Source of the DNA: Heteronotia binoei
Taxonomy: Eukaryota
Direction: 5' to 3'
DNA: 64,000 nucleotides
Assembly: GCF_032191835.1 (NCBI RefSeq)
Contig: NC_083224.1
Coordinates: 150,350,001-150,414,000 of the forward strand
A program made the position numbers and the translations under genes. How positions within the stretch are numbered: the first letter of the stretch is position 1; each line of letters begins with the position of its first letter. The notes beneath the pieces were generated by a model that was not told where the DNA came from, did no database searches, and saw nothing but the letters and a program-made list of their open reading frames with translations. Positions 11,553 to 24,310 of this stretch are shown here, piece by piece.

Positions 11553-11871
11553 GTTAGGTCTGAGATTTCAGCCTGATGCTCTGAGTTCCCAAAGCTGAGC
11601 CTCAGAGACCTGGTCACTCTAAACCAGATGAAGAAGTTTAGGCAAGTAAGACTGATGCATCCTCATAATCCAGCCCTCTTGAGCTAGATTTAAAACAAAA
11701 CAAAACACTTCTGTAAAGGTGGTGAAAATCAAAGTGGAATATGACAGGAGCAAGGTGGCATAGTGCTACTTAGAAACAGAATCCGCCTTTCTTGATTTAA
11801 AAAAGGCCAAGAAAACCCTGCCAACAGAAACAAAAGCTGAATATGTTAACACCTGCTAAAAGTACTGCAAG

Positions 11872-12117
11872 TAGACATGCCAACCTCCAGGCAGAACCTG
11901 GGAATTCCTTGGAATTGCTGCTCATCTCCAGACTACAGAGATCAGTTCCCCTGGAGAAAATGAATTCCTTGGAGGGTGGACTCTGTGGACTTGTATCCCA
12001 CTGAAGTCCCTGCCCTCCCTAGGCTCTGCCCCCAAATCTCCGGGAGTTCCCCAGCTTGGATCTGGCAACCCTACTCCCCATATCCTGCTAGGGGCCAGAG
12101 GGAATGTAACAGCCCTA
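11872..12117 (+). mobile_element. Short Blackjack-like MITE
   Basis: Shared body (ctccagactacagagatcagttcccctggagaaaatg); flanks actgcaag / actataag (6/8 match, TSD-like). Confidence 0.7.
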
Positions 12118-13111
12118 ACTATAAGCTTACCTGTTGCACTCAAGTTCAAGTTTAGTAGTCCTTCAGGTGAGTCATGATATGTCTGGATGTGAATGAGGAA
12201 AACACAAGAAGACCATACAAAAATGCATTACAAATTAAGAAATTTAGTTTGTGAGGTAATCTAAAAAAAGATGCCACTCCAAGATCAGTGTTAGGCCACA
12301 CTTCCACGGCCCTTGAAGCATCAACATTTTCATACATTGTTTACCCAGAGCACATGAAACATGAATTAATTACCAAGCCTCCATTTTGCCTGTCCAATAA
12401 CATAATTATACCATATCACATAAGTAAAGCTTTATAATTTTAGTATTTTCTTTTAACACAAAGTACTGTCTTCACCATATGAGCTTTCACATCTGTGCAT
12501 AGGCTACCGTGGTCTACTACAAAAGGTTAACAGCTCACTTGCACATTCTGTTCCTTTTCCAATGTGTTGCCGAATAATGGAGATATCTGCTAAGAAGGGC
12601 ATGATGCTTGAATTTTTTTTCCTCTGACCTACAGTATTTTAATGCCATTTCATCATATTCGGGTGGATGGTTGCTTCCTTCATTCATGTTATTTCCATTA
12701 TGACAGAAAGTGATGAGGCAATGGAAAAGACCCATAATCACAAAGCAGGCTGGTGATAGGCCACCTAATAACATGAAGCAGCGCCTTGCATTTTCTCACA
12801 GTTCTGAAGAAACTGAACCAGCACAGGCCCCAGTACTCATAATTCAGCAGTCCATCTTTTAAAAAATAGGATAGCACATAGAGACCAAAGAATAAAGCTT
12901 TTGAGTATACAAAGCAGTTGATCCATTTTTCACATTATATACCCTGCAATTTTAAGACTGGCTCCGTATACTTTCTAGCAAAATAGTCAGAACAAATAAA
13001 AAGTTGTAGATTCAAAAATAAATCAGGCTCTTGGTGAGCAGCAATGGCTATGAGAAACCTTGCAGGCTTCGTTACAATCTACTACAACATAATCTGCAAT
13101 GGATAGCCTTC

Positions 13112-13542
13112 TAGGGTTGCCAAGTCCAAATCAGGAAATATCTGGAGACTTTGAGAGTGAAGCCAGGAGACATGGGGAGGGGGGAGTCTACACACCTTTT
13201 AAATGCCTTCCCTTTGTTGGAAATAATGAAGGATGGGGCACCTTCTTTTGAGGCTCATAGAATTGGATCCCCTGGTCCAATATTTTTGAAAATTGGAGGG
13301 TGTTTTGAGGAGAGGTACCAGATGCTGTGCTGCAAATACGGTGCCTCTACCTCAAAAAACAACCCCCCAGAGCCCCAGATATCCATGGATCAATTCTTCA
13401 TTATTCCCTATGGAAATCGGGCTCCTTAGGGAATGAGTGCCGAAAGCAGACATCCCACCCCCCCCACCCCGCTTTCTAATGACTCTGTAGTGGGGGGGAG
13501 GGCCTTCAAACCAGGGGATTCCCTGCCCCCACCTAGGGATTG
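13112..13542 (-). mobile_element. Blackjack-like MITE, inverted copy of the 7651-8176 family
   Basis: Begins tagggttgccaagtccaa; contains ggggcaccttcttttgaggctcatagaattggatccc, the reverse complement of the 7.9-kb block. Confidence 0.75.
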
Positions 13543-14414
13543 AAAGAAACAGATATTGTGATGTATTGGCTAACAATGTTTAATAAAACCATTTAAAAAC
13601 CTTTTTAATATCTTTTTTGTACTTCACTAGAAATAACAATTTCACATAACAATATTATCACAGAGGTCCATTCTCACATTCCAATATTACAAGAAAGGTT
13701 CTATGATATAGGCTCATTTTATCAATGGACTTCCTCATGAGTAACCCTTCCTACATTTCTTCCAGGGTTACCAGCCTCTTCTAACAACCCAATGCTAATG
13801 CTCTTTTGCAACATCTTCTATCTTACGTTTTCTCATCCTGGAATAAACAAGGCATACCACAAAGCTGAATGGAAATAGATAATTCTTAATTTTATATATA
13901 GTTGTAAAAAACGTACCACTCAATGACACTTAAGTGCATATATTTATATTAGGAGCTTAAACCAGTCCAAACTTATTCATTTAACCAAATGCACAAGCCT
14001 TCTGGAGTTTGCTGGCCAGTAGCTCTCTGCAATATTTTTATTAGAAGCAAGCTGTTCTTATAGATGGCCAATCTATACTCTCTATAATAATTACTTATTA
14101 TAGAGAGGATTATAGAGAGACGCTACGCCACCTTGTGCTCTTATATTCTCTATAGTAAGTATTTATTCATTCTTAATTTCAAGCAAGCCATTCTTTTGGC
14201 AGCAAATTAGCACATTTGCTTTGTAGACTGAGGATTTTTAACCTAGGCTTCCCAGGTAAGTAGGCTGATCCTGAACACTGTACTTGGCTGTCTCTCTGTT
14301 CTTGCACTGCCTCATAGGAATTGCAGTTATTTTTCTGGGACGACTATAGTTTTGTAAACAAACACATAGCCCTCACTCTGTGTTATGCATTCTGTGCATG
14401 TTCTTGACCAGCAC

Positions 14415-14845
14415 AGGAAACAATTTATGTACAAAATCTCACAATACCCAGCCATTTCTCTCAGGTCCTAGGCTCAAAGCATTGACCATTAGATTTCTGT
14501 AATGAATTTCAATAAATCAAAAGTAGGTTTGCAACTTACACCTGAACAACATCTGAACAGCATACTCAAGATTGCTACAGCACAGTGTCTCCAGAATTTA
14601 CGCAGTAATCTAGAGCAAGAGGTATCAGTTATCAGAGGCTGTTAAATAAACAAAATATTGCAAGAGTGCTAATGTTTTAAGCATGTTTTATTTAAAGTTT
14701 TTTTAAAAAAATCTTTAATCTTGTTTGTGCCTTTATAAAGCTTATATCTCCGCTACCTGGCATTTTATGTCACACATGGCCTGGCCCAACAAGGTCTCAT
14801 TTATGTCAAATCCAGCCCTCATAACAAATTAGTTCAACACCCCTG
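14415..14845 (+). mobile_element. Partial copy of the hAT MITE family of 10594 and 27266
   Basis: 3' TIR gttcaacacccctg; the internal block matches the reverse complement of 27266-27720. Confidence 0.8.
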
Positions 14846-14890
14846 CTTTATTCAGCCACCCCTCTGAATATCCTCCAGGCGCCCAATAGG

Positions 14891-15390
14891 CAGGGCCAAT
14901 GGTGAGGTAGGCGGCTGCCTCAGGTGCCACTTCACCTACAAGGCGCCTTCAGGAACCCTCTCCTACTGCTCTACTGCTCTCAGCTTCCCTGGTCGCAGAC
15001 CCCAGAACCTGAGAGTGGTGAAACTGTGCACCAGTTTGTGCTCTCCTCCAAGGAGAGCGGCCTCACTCTGAAGCTGCCTCCCCTGCAAAGGGAAACTGAA
15101 GCTGCCTCCCCTGCAAAGGGAAACAGCCTCAGAGCAAGGCACGGTAGTTTCATGGCCCTTTCTCCCGCCCGGAAACCGGGTGGAGGAAGGAGGTGGTGTA
15201 GCATTGATCTGAAGCTGCCTCCCTTGCAAGGCGAGACAGCCTCAGAGTGAGGCACAGCAGCCCCATGGCCCCTTTTCCCTGCCCAGCAGCTGGGCAGATG
15301 AAAGGGGCTGCACAGCTTCGCTCAGACCTCCCAAGGGGCACAGCCATGCGGGGAGCCTGGCGCAGCAAAAACCCCAGCACCATTGCTGCC
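14891..15390. mobile_element. Probable degenerate hAT-type MITE with internal 29-bp repeats
   Basis: Starts cagggcc; ctgaagctgcctcccctgcaaagggaaa occurs in tandem at 15068-15125 and again near 15209. Confidence 0.4.
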
Positions 15391-17254
15391 AGTAGGGGTC
15401 AGTCACCAGAGGTCTCCATGACTTCCAGGTGTACACATGCATATACACACAAAATACAGCAAAGAGAAAAAGCTTTTGTGAGTCACAGCCCCAGAGAGAT
15501 TTGTAAAAGACAATCATACCGGGAGATCTTATGAGGAAGGCTGGATGGGCAGGTGTCAAGGCTTGTTGTGAGTTACACCATAACTCTTTCAAGTGTAAAT
15601 CTCAGTGTAAGAGGGAAAAGGAATTGATATGAAAGATTAAGTGTGGGTCCTGTCATAAATTATCGGAACTAACAGGTACATATACTGGATGGTGAGAGAT
15701 ATCAGATGGTTAACCCTAAGGGTAGCTGTTTGATATCTGACAATGTATGATGGTCTTTTCATTTATGACACCAAAGCTGTAGAATGTCCTCCTTGAAAAG
15801 AAAATCACTCATTTAGTGTCTTCTATGAAGATCTTGAGAAAGTCAATCAGAATACATCTTCCTTTTTATTTTAAACTTTGTTCTATGGCTTCCAAGGAAT
15901 GTTTTCTGTGGATACACATTGTTTTATGTCTTCTAAATGTTTAAGCTTATCTTCTGGTTGGTTTTATATGTTTTTATTTCACTGCATTGTGATTGTTTTT
16001 AGTATGGTCCCTATTTATCGATATTTTGATATTGTATAAGCTGCCTTGGAGTATATTGTACCAAAAGATAAAATATAAGCGTTTTAAACAAACTAATTTG
16101 GTTTCCATGTCTTTAGTCAATGAAATTTGATAGGCTTACAACATCCTGAATAAACAACTTGTTTTTAAATTGGTCACTTTCACCTTAGGCTTTAATCAGA
16201 GTCAAGCAAAAGGAAGGCCAACTTCCCTGTCTCCCCAATTCTACAACAGCCTCCCCCCCCCCCAAAAAAAAATCATTTTGGATGGTAGAACCAAAATAAT
16301 AGTTTGGGGGCAAACCAGGAGTCTGAAACAAGAAGGGCCAATCAGCAAAAGTTGCCTTCTCCTCCTCCTCTTCTGTAAATGCAAAGGGCATTTCACCAGA
16401 GGAACTGCTCTGACACAACAGCACTGTTGGATACAGACTTGAGTATTTATAAATATAGGTATAACTTCCCTCCCCCCTCAAAAATCTGTATTTGCACAGC
16501 TTCTACAAATATGAAGTCGCTGCTGAGTGTTGAAGTTAACTAGTTTTGAAATTTCAAAAATGTTTGCTAGGATTCTTCCTCTCCTCCCCCTTTCTTACAG
16601 AAGCAATAAGTCAATTAAGATTCAATACACTGAACTGCTTCTGAGATGGCACACCCTGCATCTATTTTAACAGCTGTGTTTTTAACAGAATGTCAATACC
16701 TTGCTACCCCATCAATCTTACTGAGCATACCTCTTCCAATAAGGGACCTTCAGAGGATATAGTCTACCACAGCTAAATTTCGGCCTGCATGCATACTTTT
16801 TTTAACCATTGTAAAGCTGTCATATATCCAATTCTCAACATTGCTCCATCTATGAACACTTAAATCCAGAGACTGGAACAATGAACAAACAAGATAGATC
16901 TTTCTACAAATGTGAGAAAAGCCCCAGGATTGCAAACAAATCCAAAGTCTAAAAACAAAAATCAAACAGAAAAAAAAATTGTGGAATTAAAGCCCCTCCA
17001 GATAGTAAATGCAGCAGCTATACCTTTAAGAAACAAATGTCCTCTGCAATGGCCATTTTGGAGATTGATAGGCAACCACAACAATATTGCCAGTCTTCAA
17101 GACAGTAAAAGGCAGGAGGTGGGGTCAGATCTCTTTCCAGAGCTATTTTGGCTTTTGAGGAAAGACTTAGTGAGGCTGGGTCTGGCAGCAATCACTGGAA
17201 AGCCCAGCTGCTTGCTATTATTCAACAGCACCCACCATACAAAAGCCAGTAAGG

Positions 17255-17405
17255 TACAGTAGTTAGTTTCAGACTAGACCTAAGTTCGACTCCCCAGTCT
17301 GCCCTGGAACCTCACTGAATGACTTTGGGCTAGCCACATGCTATCAGCCTAACCTACCTCACAGAGCTGTCATGAGAATAAAAAGGAATGGGGACAAAGA
17401 CAGGG
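17255..17405 (+). mobile_element. tRNA-derived SINE with CORE/MIR-like block
   Basis: aagttcgactcccc B box; cagcctaacctacctcacagagctgtcatgagaataaaa block shared with 23880, 42971 and 50338. Confidence 0.65.
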
Positions 17406-19165
17406 TAAAAATGAAGTAAATTAATATAGCTAAGGCTGGGGACAGATGAATGGTGGTGGGTGGGAAGAAGAGAAAGAAACAGGAAGTGGGGAGAAGATCT
17501 AGGGGCTGCCAGGAAAAAGGAAAGAGGAAATAGTGGCAAGTATGGGGGAAATGAGATACCCCCTCACAAGTCTTTGTGGGTCCCCCACTTGTTACTTCTA
17601 GTTTCACAAGGAACCAACCAAACTTCATGATTTAAAAAGTTACTTTGATTTCTAGCGTTCAGCTTTTGTTCCTAGCTTTTCTCATTATCCATTTTCTCAC
17701 CAACAAGTGCTCTGGCTAGTTCATATTGCAATATAATATAATCATCTGCACATGGAATCTTTTCAGACTCAGCTAATAACACTATGTTTTAGAAACTATT
17801 AATCATCCTACTTGACCCCATTTGTTCTGTACTACCACAAAGTGATAGCCGATTACACTACTTTGTTTTCCATTCTATGCTCTTTGATTACTTTACTAAA
17901 ATTTTAAATAAAGATTAAAGCAGCGTAGTTAATACAGAACACATGCTACATGAAAGTAAATTTTTAGCAGGGTAAAAATGTTTCATGTCACCAGCAGGTG
18001 CTGGAACAGTATAATGAATGACTTCTGATGTAGTTTATTTTAGATTTTCATGGATCCTGACCAAAGTATGCTTTTCTCATATGATTTTCATCTTTTTTAA
18101 AAAAAAATCGCCATGATATATATAGCATAATTATCACTGTATCTAGTATCCATCTGGCTGGCCCTGGTGTAGATGTCAAAACAGCAAAAGCAGAAAAATA
18201 TGTAGGAAAAAATATTATAAATTAAACAAACGAAAAACAGCCTTAAAAGCCCACAACCTGATGAGGACTGTAAATTCTACAGGAGCATGGAATGCTGAAA
18301 GAAGCTGCCAATTAACATGGAAAGGAGTGAAAGGAGAAATGTGCTTGCTCAGATCTTAGAGGGTCTGGGATGTGGAGATCTGAAAGAGAAAGTGTGACAG
18401 GCTGTTCTTTTAAAAGCTTAAAAGTGTTGTACATACAGGTAAAGGACTCTGAAGGGTTAATTTTTCACAGAAACAGGAAGCCTTGAGTGACAGGCTACTC
18501 CAAGTAATCTAATTGGTTAGCATCAGCTGAATAAAGACTTCTGAACGGGATGCAGAGGAGGATTCAGTCAGATATCTGCCTTGACTAGGTTGAGTACTTA
18601 CAGTCTGATTTCAGCCTTAGCTGAGAATAGTTTGCCACAGTTAGAGATCTGGGGGAAAGTAGGTGAAGACTCCCATTTAGGCCAAAGAAGGGGGATAGAT
18701 TTTATAGTGAGAGGAGAATTCCCCTACCCAATCAAACAGGGAGTTTGATGAGTGATGAAATTCTTGATCTGGTGTGGTTAGAAACTGACTAAAAGTCGGC
18801 TAAAAACTCAAGATGAGTACTGGTGTTTCAAGAGAAGGAGTCTGGGTAGTGGAAAAAGTGTACCAGCCTTCTGGAAACCAAAAAGAGCAAAGAAAGTGTT
18901 TAGGAGAAATTCTGGAACAAAAGCCTCTCAACATAAAGATTTAAGTCACTGTGAAAAGCTTAAGAAACTCTCATTAGCTTGAATTATAAGAACTAAAGTT
19001 TGTGCGTGTACTGTTTTTACCTCAGAAATATCAACCCCAGATTTTACCTGAACTTTCCCCTCTATGTTAAAAGAAAATATTTTGTTATTTTTGAATTTCA
19101 AAACACCTTGAGTGTCATTTAAGTTGTCTAAGTTAAAGTGGGTTCTTGATCCTTCCCTCAGGCCA

Positions 19166-19765
19166 TAGAGTTGCCAGCCTCCAAGTGTGGCCTGGAGATC
19201 TCCCGCTTTTACAACCAGGGCCGGCCCTAGGGTGCATGGTGCCCCAGGTAGCCTCGCTGACCACCGCCCCCCATGCCGCCCCCCATGTCCCCTTCTGTGG
19301 CACCTTTTCCTCCTTCTCTCACTCACAATTTTAATGCTCAAGAATGGGCAATGAAGCGCTGCACTCCCTGGGCTCTTTAAAGGCCACCCTCTCCCCCCAC
19401 CAATCAGCTGATCAGCAGGGGGTTAACTTTAAAGATCTCTGGGAGCATAGCGCTTCACCGCCCATTCCCAGGCATTAAAATTGTGAGGGAGGGAGGGGGA
19501 GGCAAATAGGGATTTGCCTAGGGGGTGGGGCAAGGCCCAATTTCAGCACCCTGGGCAAATGCTTAGTTTGCCTAGTGGGTGGTCCAGCCCTGTTTACAAC
19601 TAATCTCCACCTGGCAGAGATCAACCCCTGGAGAAAAAGGTTGCTTTGAAAGATGGACTGTATGGTGTTGTACCGTGCTGAGGCCCCTCCCCCCCCAAAC
19701 ACCACCCTCTCCTGGACCCACCTGCAAAGTCTCCAGGTATTTTCCAACACAGACGTGGCAAGCAA
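19166..19765 (+). mobile_element. Short Blackjack-like MITE split by a hAT insertion
   Basis: tagagttgccagcctccaag head; the body resumes at 19601. Confidence 0.7.
19216..19592. mobile_element. hAT MITE with perfect 8-bp TSD
   Basis: TIRs cagggccggcc / ggtccagccctg; TSD tttacaac at 19208-19215 and 19593-19600. Confidence 0.9.
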
Positions 19766-21698
19766 GCTAAGCAAACAAAATATCATACTGTGACGGGGTG
19801 GAACAGCCAGACTTCTTCAGGAAAGAAGAAAACACATTACTAGGGCAGCTCAGTTAGTAAAGAGAAAGAAAACCAGAGGGAAAATCTAGCCTCTGCAGTA
19901 GGGAAGTGGATGGGGCCATCATAGGAGGCTTTCCAAATTTATTTGTCCACACATGATTCCTTGTAACCCCAGTTCAGTTCACTTTATTTATACGTCACCA
20001 AGCCAACCATAAAAGCCTAACAACAGAAACAAATTTGAACATTAAATGGCAAAATTATCCATGGTTAAAATAGAATAAATAAAAATAAATAAAAGTATTA
20101 ATAAAATCAAGAGATATATGCATTTCTAATACAGATACAAGCATTACAGAATTTAGCTACCTGTTTTGTAATATTCTGATTGGCATCTGAGAGGAGATAG
20201 ACTACCTGACTTGTAATTCCATTTTATTTATTATTCTCTCTATAATAAAACCCCTATTGGGTGGCCAAATGCAGGTCTCCCATTGGCTGAGGGATGTGCA
20301 TCAGCCCATCATTTCTAAATCAGCCTCTCTGCCCTTCCATTGGCTCACTCCTCAATTAGCATCTCTGCCTCCCCATTGGCTCACTTCACTGTCCCTGCCC
20401 ACTGCACACCAGGGAACATTGGAGAACCCTGCCAAAACACTCTTCCCTCAGAGACAAACGCCTCTCCAACGTTGCTCTGTCTGCTCTGTACTGTGGCTTC
20501 CCAGATGACCTCAGAGCTGACACTGCCAACATACCTCTGACAACCTGTCACTAGCAAACACTGAGACCCTCCACATGCACACACCACTTATCAGCCTCCT
20601 GCGCCCTTCTGAGGCTTTGTTTTGGGGTCTGCCAGTCTGCTGCGTCTTCCACAGTACCCTTGCTGCCTCTAACAGTGACAATCTTTGCCTGCCTCCTCAA
20701 TGCCCAATAAAACCCACCTCCCACCTAACAATAAGAGCGACACTCTCTCGCCTCCCACTTGAGGTTAAGAGTGCCACTCTCCTGCCACATGCCCAGCCAT
20801 CCAGAAAAGCCCTGCCTCTCTGCCCGTCCAATGTGCCTCAGAGCCCCAGATCCACAAACCCCCCTGCTACTGCCTTGACACCCATTGCCCCCACCACTGA
20901 CATGCAACCTTCCCAGCCCTTCCTTGCCCACAACGTACACCACCAACACACTACCACTATGCCTTCTGAGGGGTGCCCCCTTGCTACCTTCATTACTTTC
21001 ACTATGAAGACTCATAAGTGCATCCTCCTTTTCAGCCATCACATCACTCCTGTCCTCAGTTCTACCACTACATACATCCTCCCACCCCATTCTTCTCAAG
21101 AACTAACCTCTCACAGAGTGGACACAGTGAACACTTGCTCTGACACTGAGGGAAGGCCATGCGCCCTGAGTCACAGTGACTTCAGCCAGGAGAGGGGAAC
21201 CATTAAGTGCCCCCTGACTTTTTTACATGCCCCCTCCCAACTTTTAAAATCCTGGGTATATACCTGCTCTACAGTGCCTGCTGCCTTGGCTTTTTCAGCC
21301 CAACACTCTTTCCATTCACCAACACTGTGAGGATAGACAATGCAACCTTCCATCTAATGACCATGAAGAAAACTGACTCCCTACTGCCATAAAGTATGCT
21401 GTCATTCGCTTAAACATTTCTTCCTTTGACTCTACTACACTACTGTGTGCTTATCCTGCCTACCAGCTACACAGTCATCAGCCCACGCCTCTTTCTAGAG
21501 CCCGTTGTATTTCTTCTCACAACAGGCCTTACTGCTGCAATTCATATTTATATCCCATCCCTTCCAAGTAATTCAGGTTAGCATATATGGGAGATGATCC
21601 ATTTTGCCCACATAGCAAGATTAGTCTAACAAATTGTGCGTGGCTCAAAGTCAAACCGAGGCTCACTAGGGTTTTAAAAATAGGATTTTCTGGCCCCA

Positions 21699-21815
21699 AC
21701 CTAGATGGCCCAGGCAAGTCTGATCTCGTCAGATCTCAAAAGCTAAGCAGGGCCAATTCTGGCACGTACTTGGATGGGAGACCTCTAAGGAATACCAAGG
21801 CTGGGACACAGAGGC
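21699..21815 (+). mobile_element. 5S rRNA-derived SINE (SINE3-type) head
   Basis: ctgatctcgtcagatctcaaaagctaagcagggc...tacttggatgggagacc...ggaatacc matches the 5S internal control region; the flanking sequence is non-5S and shared with the copy at 40282. Confidence 0.8.
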
Positions 21816-21886
21816 AGTCTGCTAAAAATAGCAAAGGAAATCTGGTTTCTATTAGCAAAACTTGGCATGGTTTGAAGGACTAACAG

Positions 21887-21953
21887 TGCAATCCTGTGTA
21901 GGGTTACTCCAGTCAGTAGACTTAACACAGGAGTAACTCTGCATAGAATTGCA
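21887..21953. mobile_element. Small hairpin MITE (caatcct...aggattg family)
   Basis: tgcaatcctgtgtagggttactcc pairs with ggagtaactctgcatagaattgca; degenerate relatives near 8220, 50555 and 63640. Confidence 0.7.
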
Positions 21954-22790
21954 GGGTAAATCACCTCTGCTTGTCCCACATAGTTCTAAACTGAAACCTG
22001 ACTGTACATAAGCACCATTTAACTTCAACAAATTGCTGGAGAGAGATCCATGATCTTAGCTGCATCCGTTTTGGCTAAGTTGCAACCATGAAGCTGTTCT
22101 CAAGAATTTTGCTAGATGCTATGTTGTGCGTTGAAATATTTTGCAAGGTTTGCTCATTTTATCTCTATGTTATTTTTCCCTTGTGTGGCTACATTTACTG
22201 AATGTGCATTTTGTTCTATCTCATGGATGTGTTTAGTCAAATTTGTGGGGTCCACAGTTAAGTTTTAGTGGGTTGTTTAATAGAGCTTGTGCTTTTGCGA
22301 TGCCTTTCTGTGTATTTTATTACTGTTTAATCTGTAGGAACTTTTCAGATTTGCTATTTCCAGCCAGGGCTAAGTGTTCTGGCAGTTTATAAAGCTCTAG
22401 AGAATATTTAAAACTTGATGTGCACATTTATTACATAACCCTATATTTCTGGTTCAAAATGAAAGCCTGATTCTGTGCCTGTTTTGAGAAAGCTAGTAAA
22501 GATGAAATAGTAGCTTGCCTCCCAAAACAAATGTTTTAGGCAGAAAGGAAGGATCAAAAAGGCAATGTCAACTTTGAACACTAAAATATCACAGTGAAAC
22601 TTGATATTAAGGAGCTGCTATGTAGTATTGCTGAGCCTAAAAGTCTTCTTACTTTGGCACTGGATCAGTTAGGCTGTATCTGAGGCAGCCTGGAATTACT
22701 CCTGGACCTCATAGCATCCTGAATTAATTGTCAGGACTTTAACAGAGCTTGCATGCATGCTGTTTTTTTAACATTTCTCCCTATTCTGTG

Positions 22791-23620
22791 CAGGGCTGGA
22801 CCTCCAACTAGGTGACTTAGGTGATCGCCTAGGGTGCTGCCAGTCCAGGGCCACAGAAGTGGACCGCTTGGACCAACAGCCCAATCTCTAGATGGCCCAT
22901 AGGATAGAGCAGACTCCATTCTGTCCTATAGGCCCATTGGACAGAATGGAGAGATCGGGCCACCACTGTGGTATAACGCTAGACAAGAGGTTTTAAACTT
23001 TAAATCCCTTCTCTGGGGTCACAGCGCAGTGGCAGCCCCATCTCTCCATTCTATCCTATGGGGGTGCAAATAGTTAGCCCTGCCTAGGGTGCAAAACAGT
23101 CTAGGCAGGGACAGCACTGGGGCTTTTGCCACCCCAGGCAAAACCTTTCCCCCCACTCCCAACTTCCAGTCAGGGAGGGCATGTGACAGCGAGCATGCTC
23201 AGAGTCTGGCTCCAAGTGTGCCCACTGCTGCAGCGCCCCACCAACCCTGTCTCTGCTCAGGGTCGAGGGAGCACTATGACACTTGCGCAGCGTGTTCCTT
23301 TGCAGAAAGCCTGATTGGGGTCAGGGAGAGCTACAACACTTGTGTACCACGCTCTTTGCAAGGATCGCACTATGCAAGTGCAGGCCCCAGCTTCACTCAG
23401 GCTTCCCACATCGCAGGAAGCCTGATTGGGGTCAGGGGAGCGCTACACCACTTGCGTACCACACTCCTTGCAAGTAATGCACTACGCAAGCACTTGCCCC
23501 GCTCAGGCTTCCTGGGTCGCAGGAAGCCTGAGCGGGGTTGCGAGCATCGCAGGGGAGAGAGGGGGCACCCAGTGGCACCCCCCAGGTGAGGTGGTGCCCG
23601 AGGCGGTCGGCTACCCCATC
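22791..23620. mobile_element. Probable hAT-type non-autonomous element with internal repeats and hairpins
   Basis: Starts cagggctgg; cccataggatag/ctatcctatggg inverted pair; two units of about 110 bp at 23302 and 23413; perfect 18-bp stem at 23497-23537. Right end uncertain. Confidence 0.5.
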
Positions 23621-23879
23621 TATTCCCACATGCTGTCTCTAAGTCTAGGTCTGGCCCTGATTCCGTTGAAAACAGCATTTCTCCCAGCTAGTCTTAACTC
23701 TGGGATCAATCAGACAAGTTGCCTTGGCCAATCACAATCTTTGTTGGAGGGGAAAGAAATTTTAAACTGAAACTGTCCAGTTTCTCTGGTCATTTTACAC
23801 AGCATGTGTGCTGCACTTGCTGCTCCTTGTGTCTTTGGAGAAAGTGCCTTTCTTGAATTATACTAGACCCCAGCTGGAT

Positions 23880-24075
23880 GGATCCTACCTGGTTAGAAAA
23901 TTAGAATGAGATCTGGGAGATCTAAGTTCAAATCTCTACTATGACATTAAGCTCATAAAGCTAGTCATCTAGTTTCTGCCTAATATACCTCACAGGAGGA
24001 TATTGTGAGGATAAAATGGAAGAGGCAAGATCCATGTACACCACCATGAAAGTGTGGGATATAAATGCAATGGAT
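23880..24075 (+). mobile_element. tRNA-derived SINE with CORE-like block
   Basis: gatctaagttcaaatc B box; atacctcacaggaggatattgtgaggataaaatgg block; aaatgcaat tail. Confidence 0.65.
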
Positions 24076-24118
24076 AGCTTTACAGCTGCCTTTGCATGAC
24101 ATTCATACAAACATCCAT

Positions 24119-24310
24119 TAGAGTTGCTGTCTTCCAAGTGAAGCCAGGACATCTCCTAGAATCACAACTGATCTCCAAACCACAAATATTTCCCTGAAGA
24201 AAATGCTGCTTTAGAGGGTGGGCTGTATGACATAATATTCAGCTGTGGTCCCTCACCAAGCTCCATCCTCAAATCTCCAGGAATTTCCCAACCAGGAACA
24301 GGCAGCCTTA
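24119..24310 (+). mobile_element. Short Blackjack-like MITE
   Basis: tagagttgct head, shared body, ends ggcagcctta. Confidence 0.6.

Noticed and set aside
12535-12774. 79-aa minus-strand ORF, and the neighbouring exon-like frame DGLLNYEYWG... starting at 12856
   Set aside because: No recognisable homology, no consistent splice-site pair, and stops in the alternative frames.
18230-19990. Possible old solo LTR around the Blackjack insertion
   Set aside because: The composition is suggestive, but I could not find TG...CA termini with a TSD.
20575-21330. 251-aa ORF as a protein-coding gene
   Set aside because: The C-rich, G-poor strand is depleted of stop codons; no motif or splice structure. 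Kept only as a compositional anomaly.
21699-21815. Functional 5S rRNA gene
   Set aside because: The 5S 5' end is missing, there are many substitutions, there is no T-run terminator, and the sequence continues into a SINE body.
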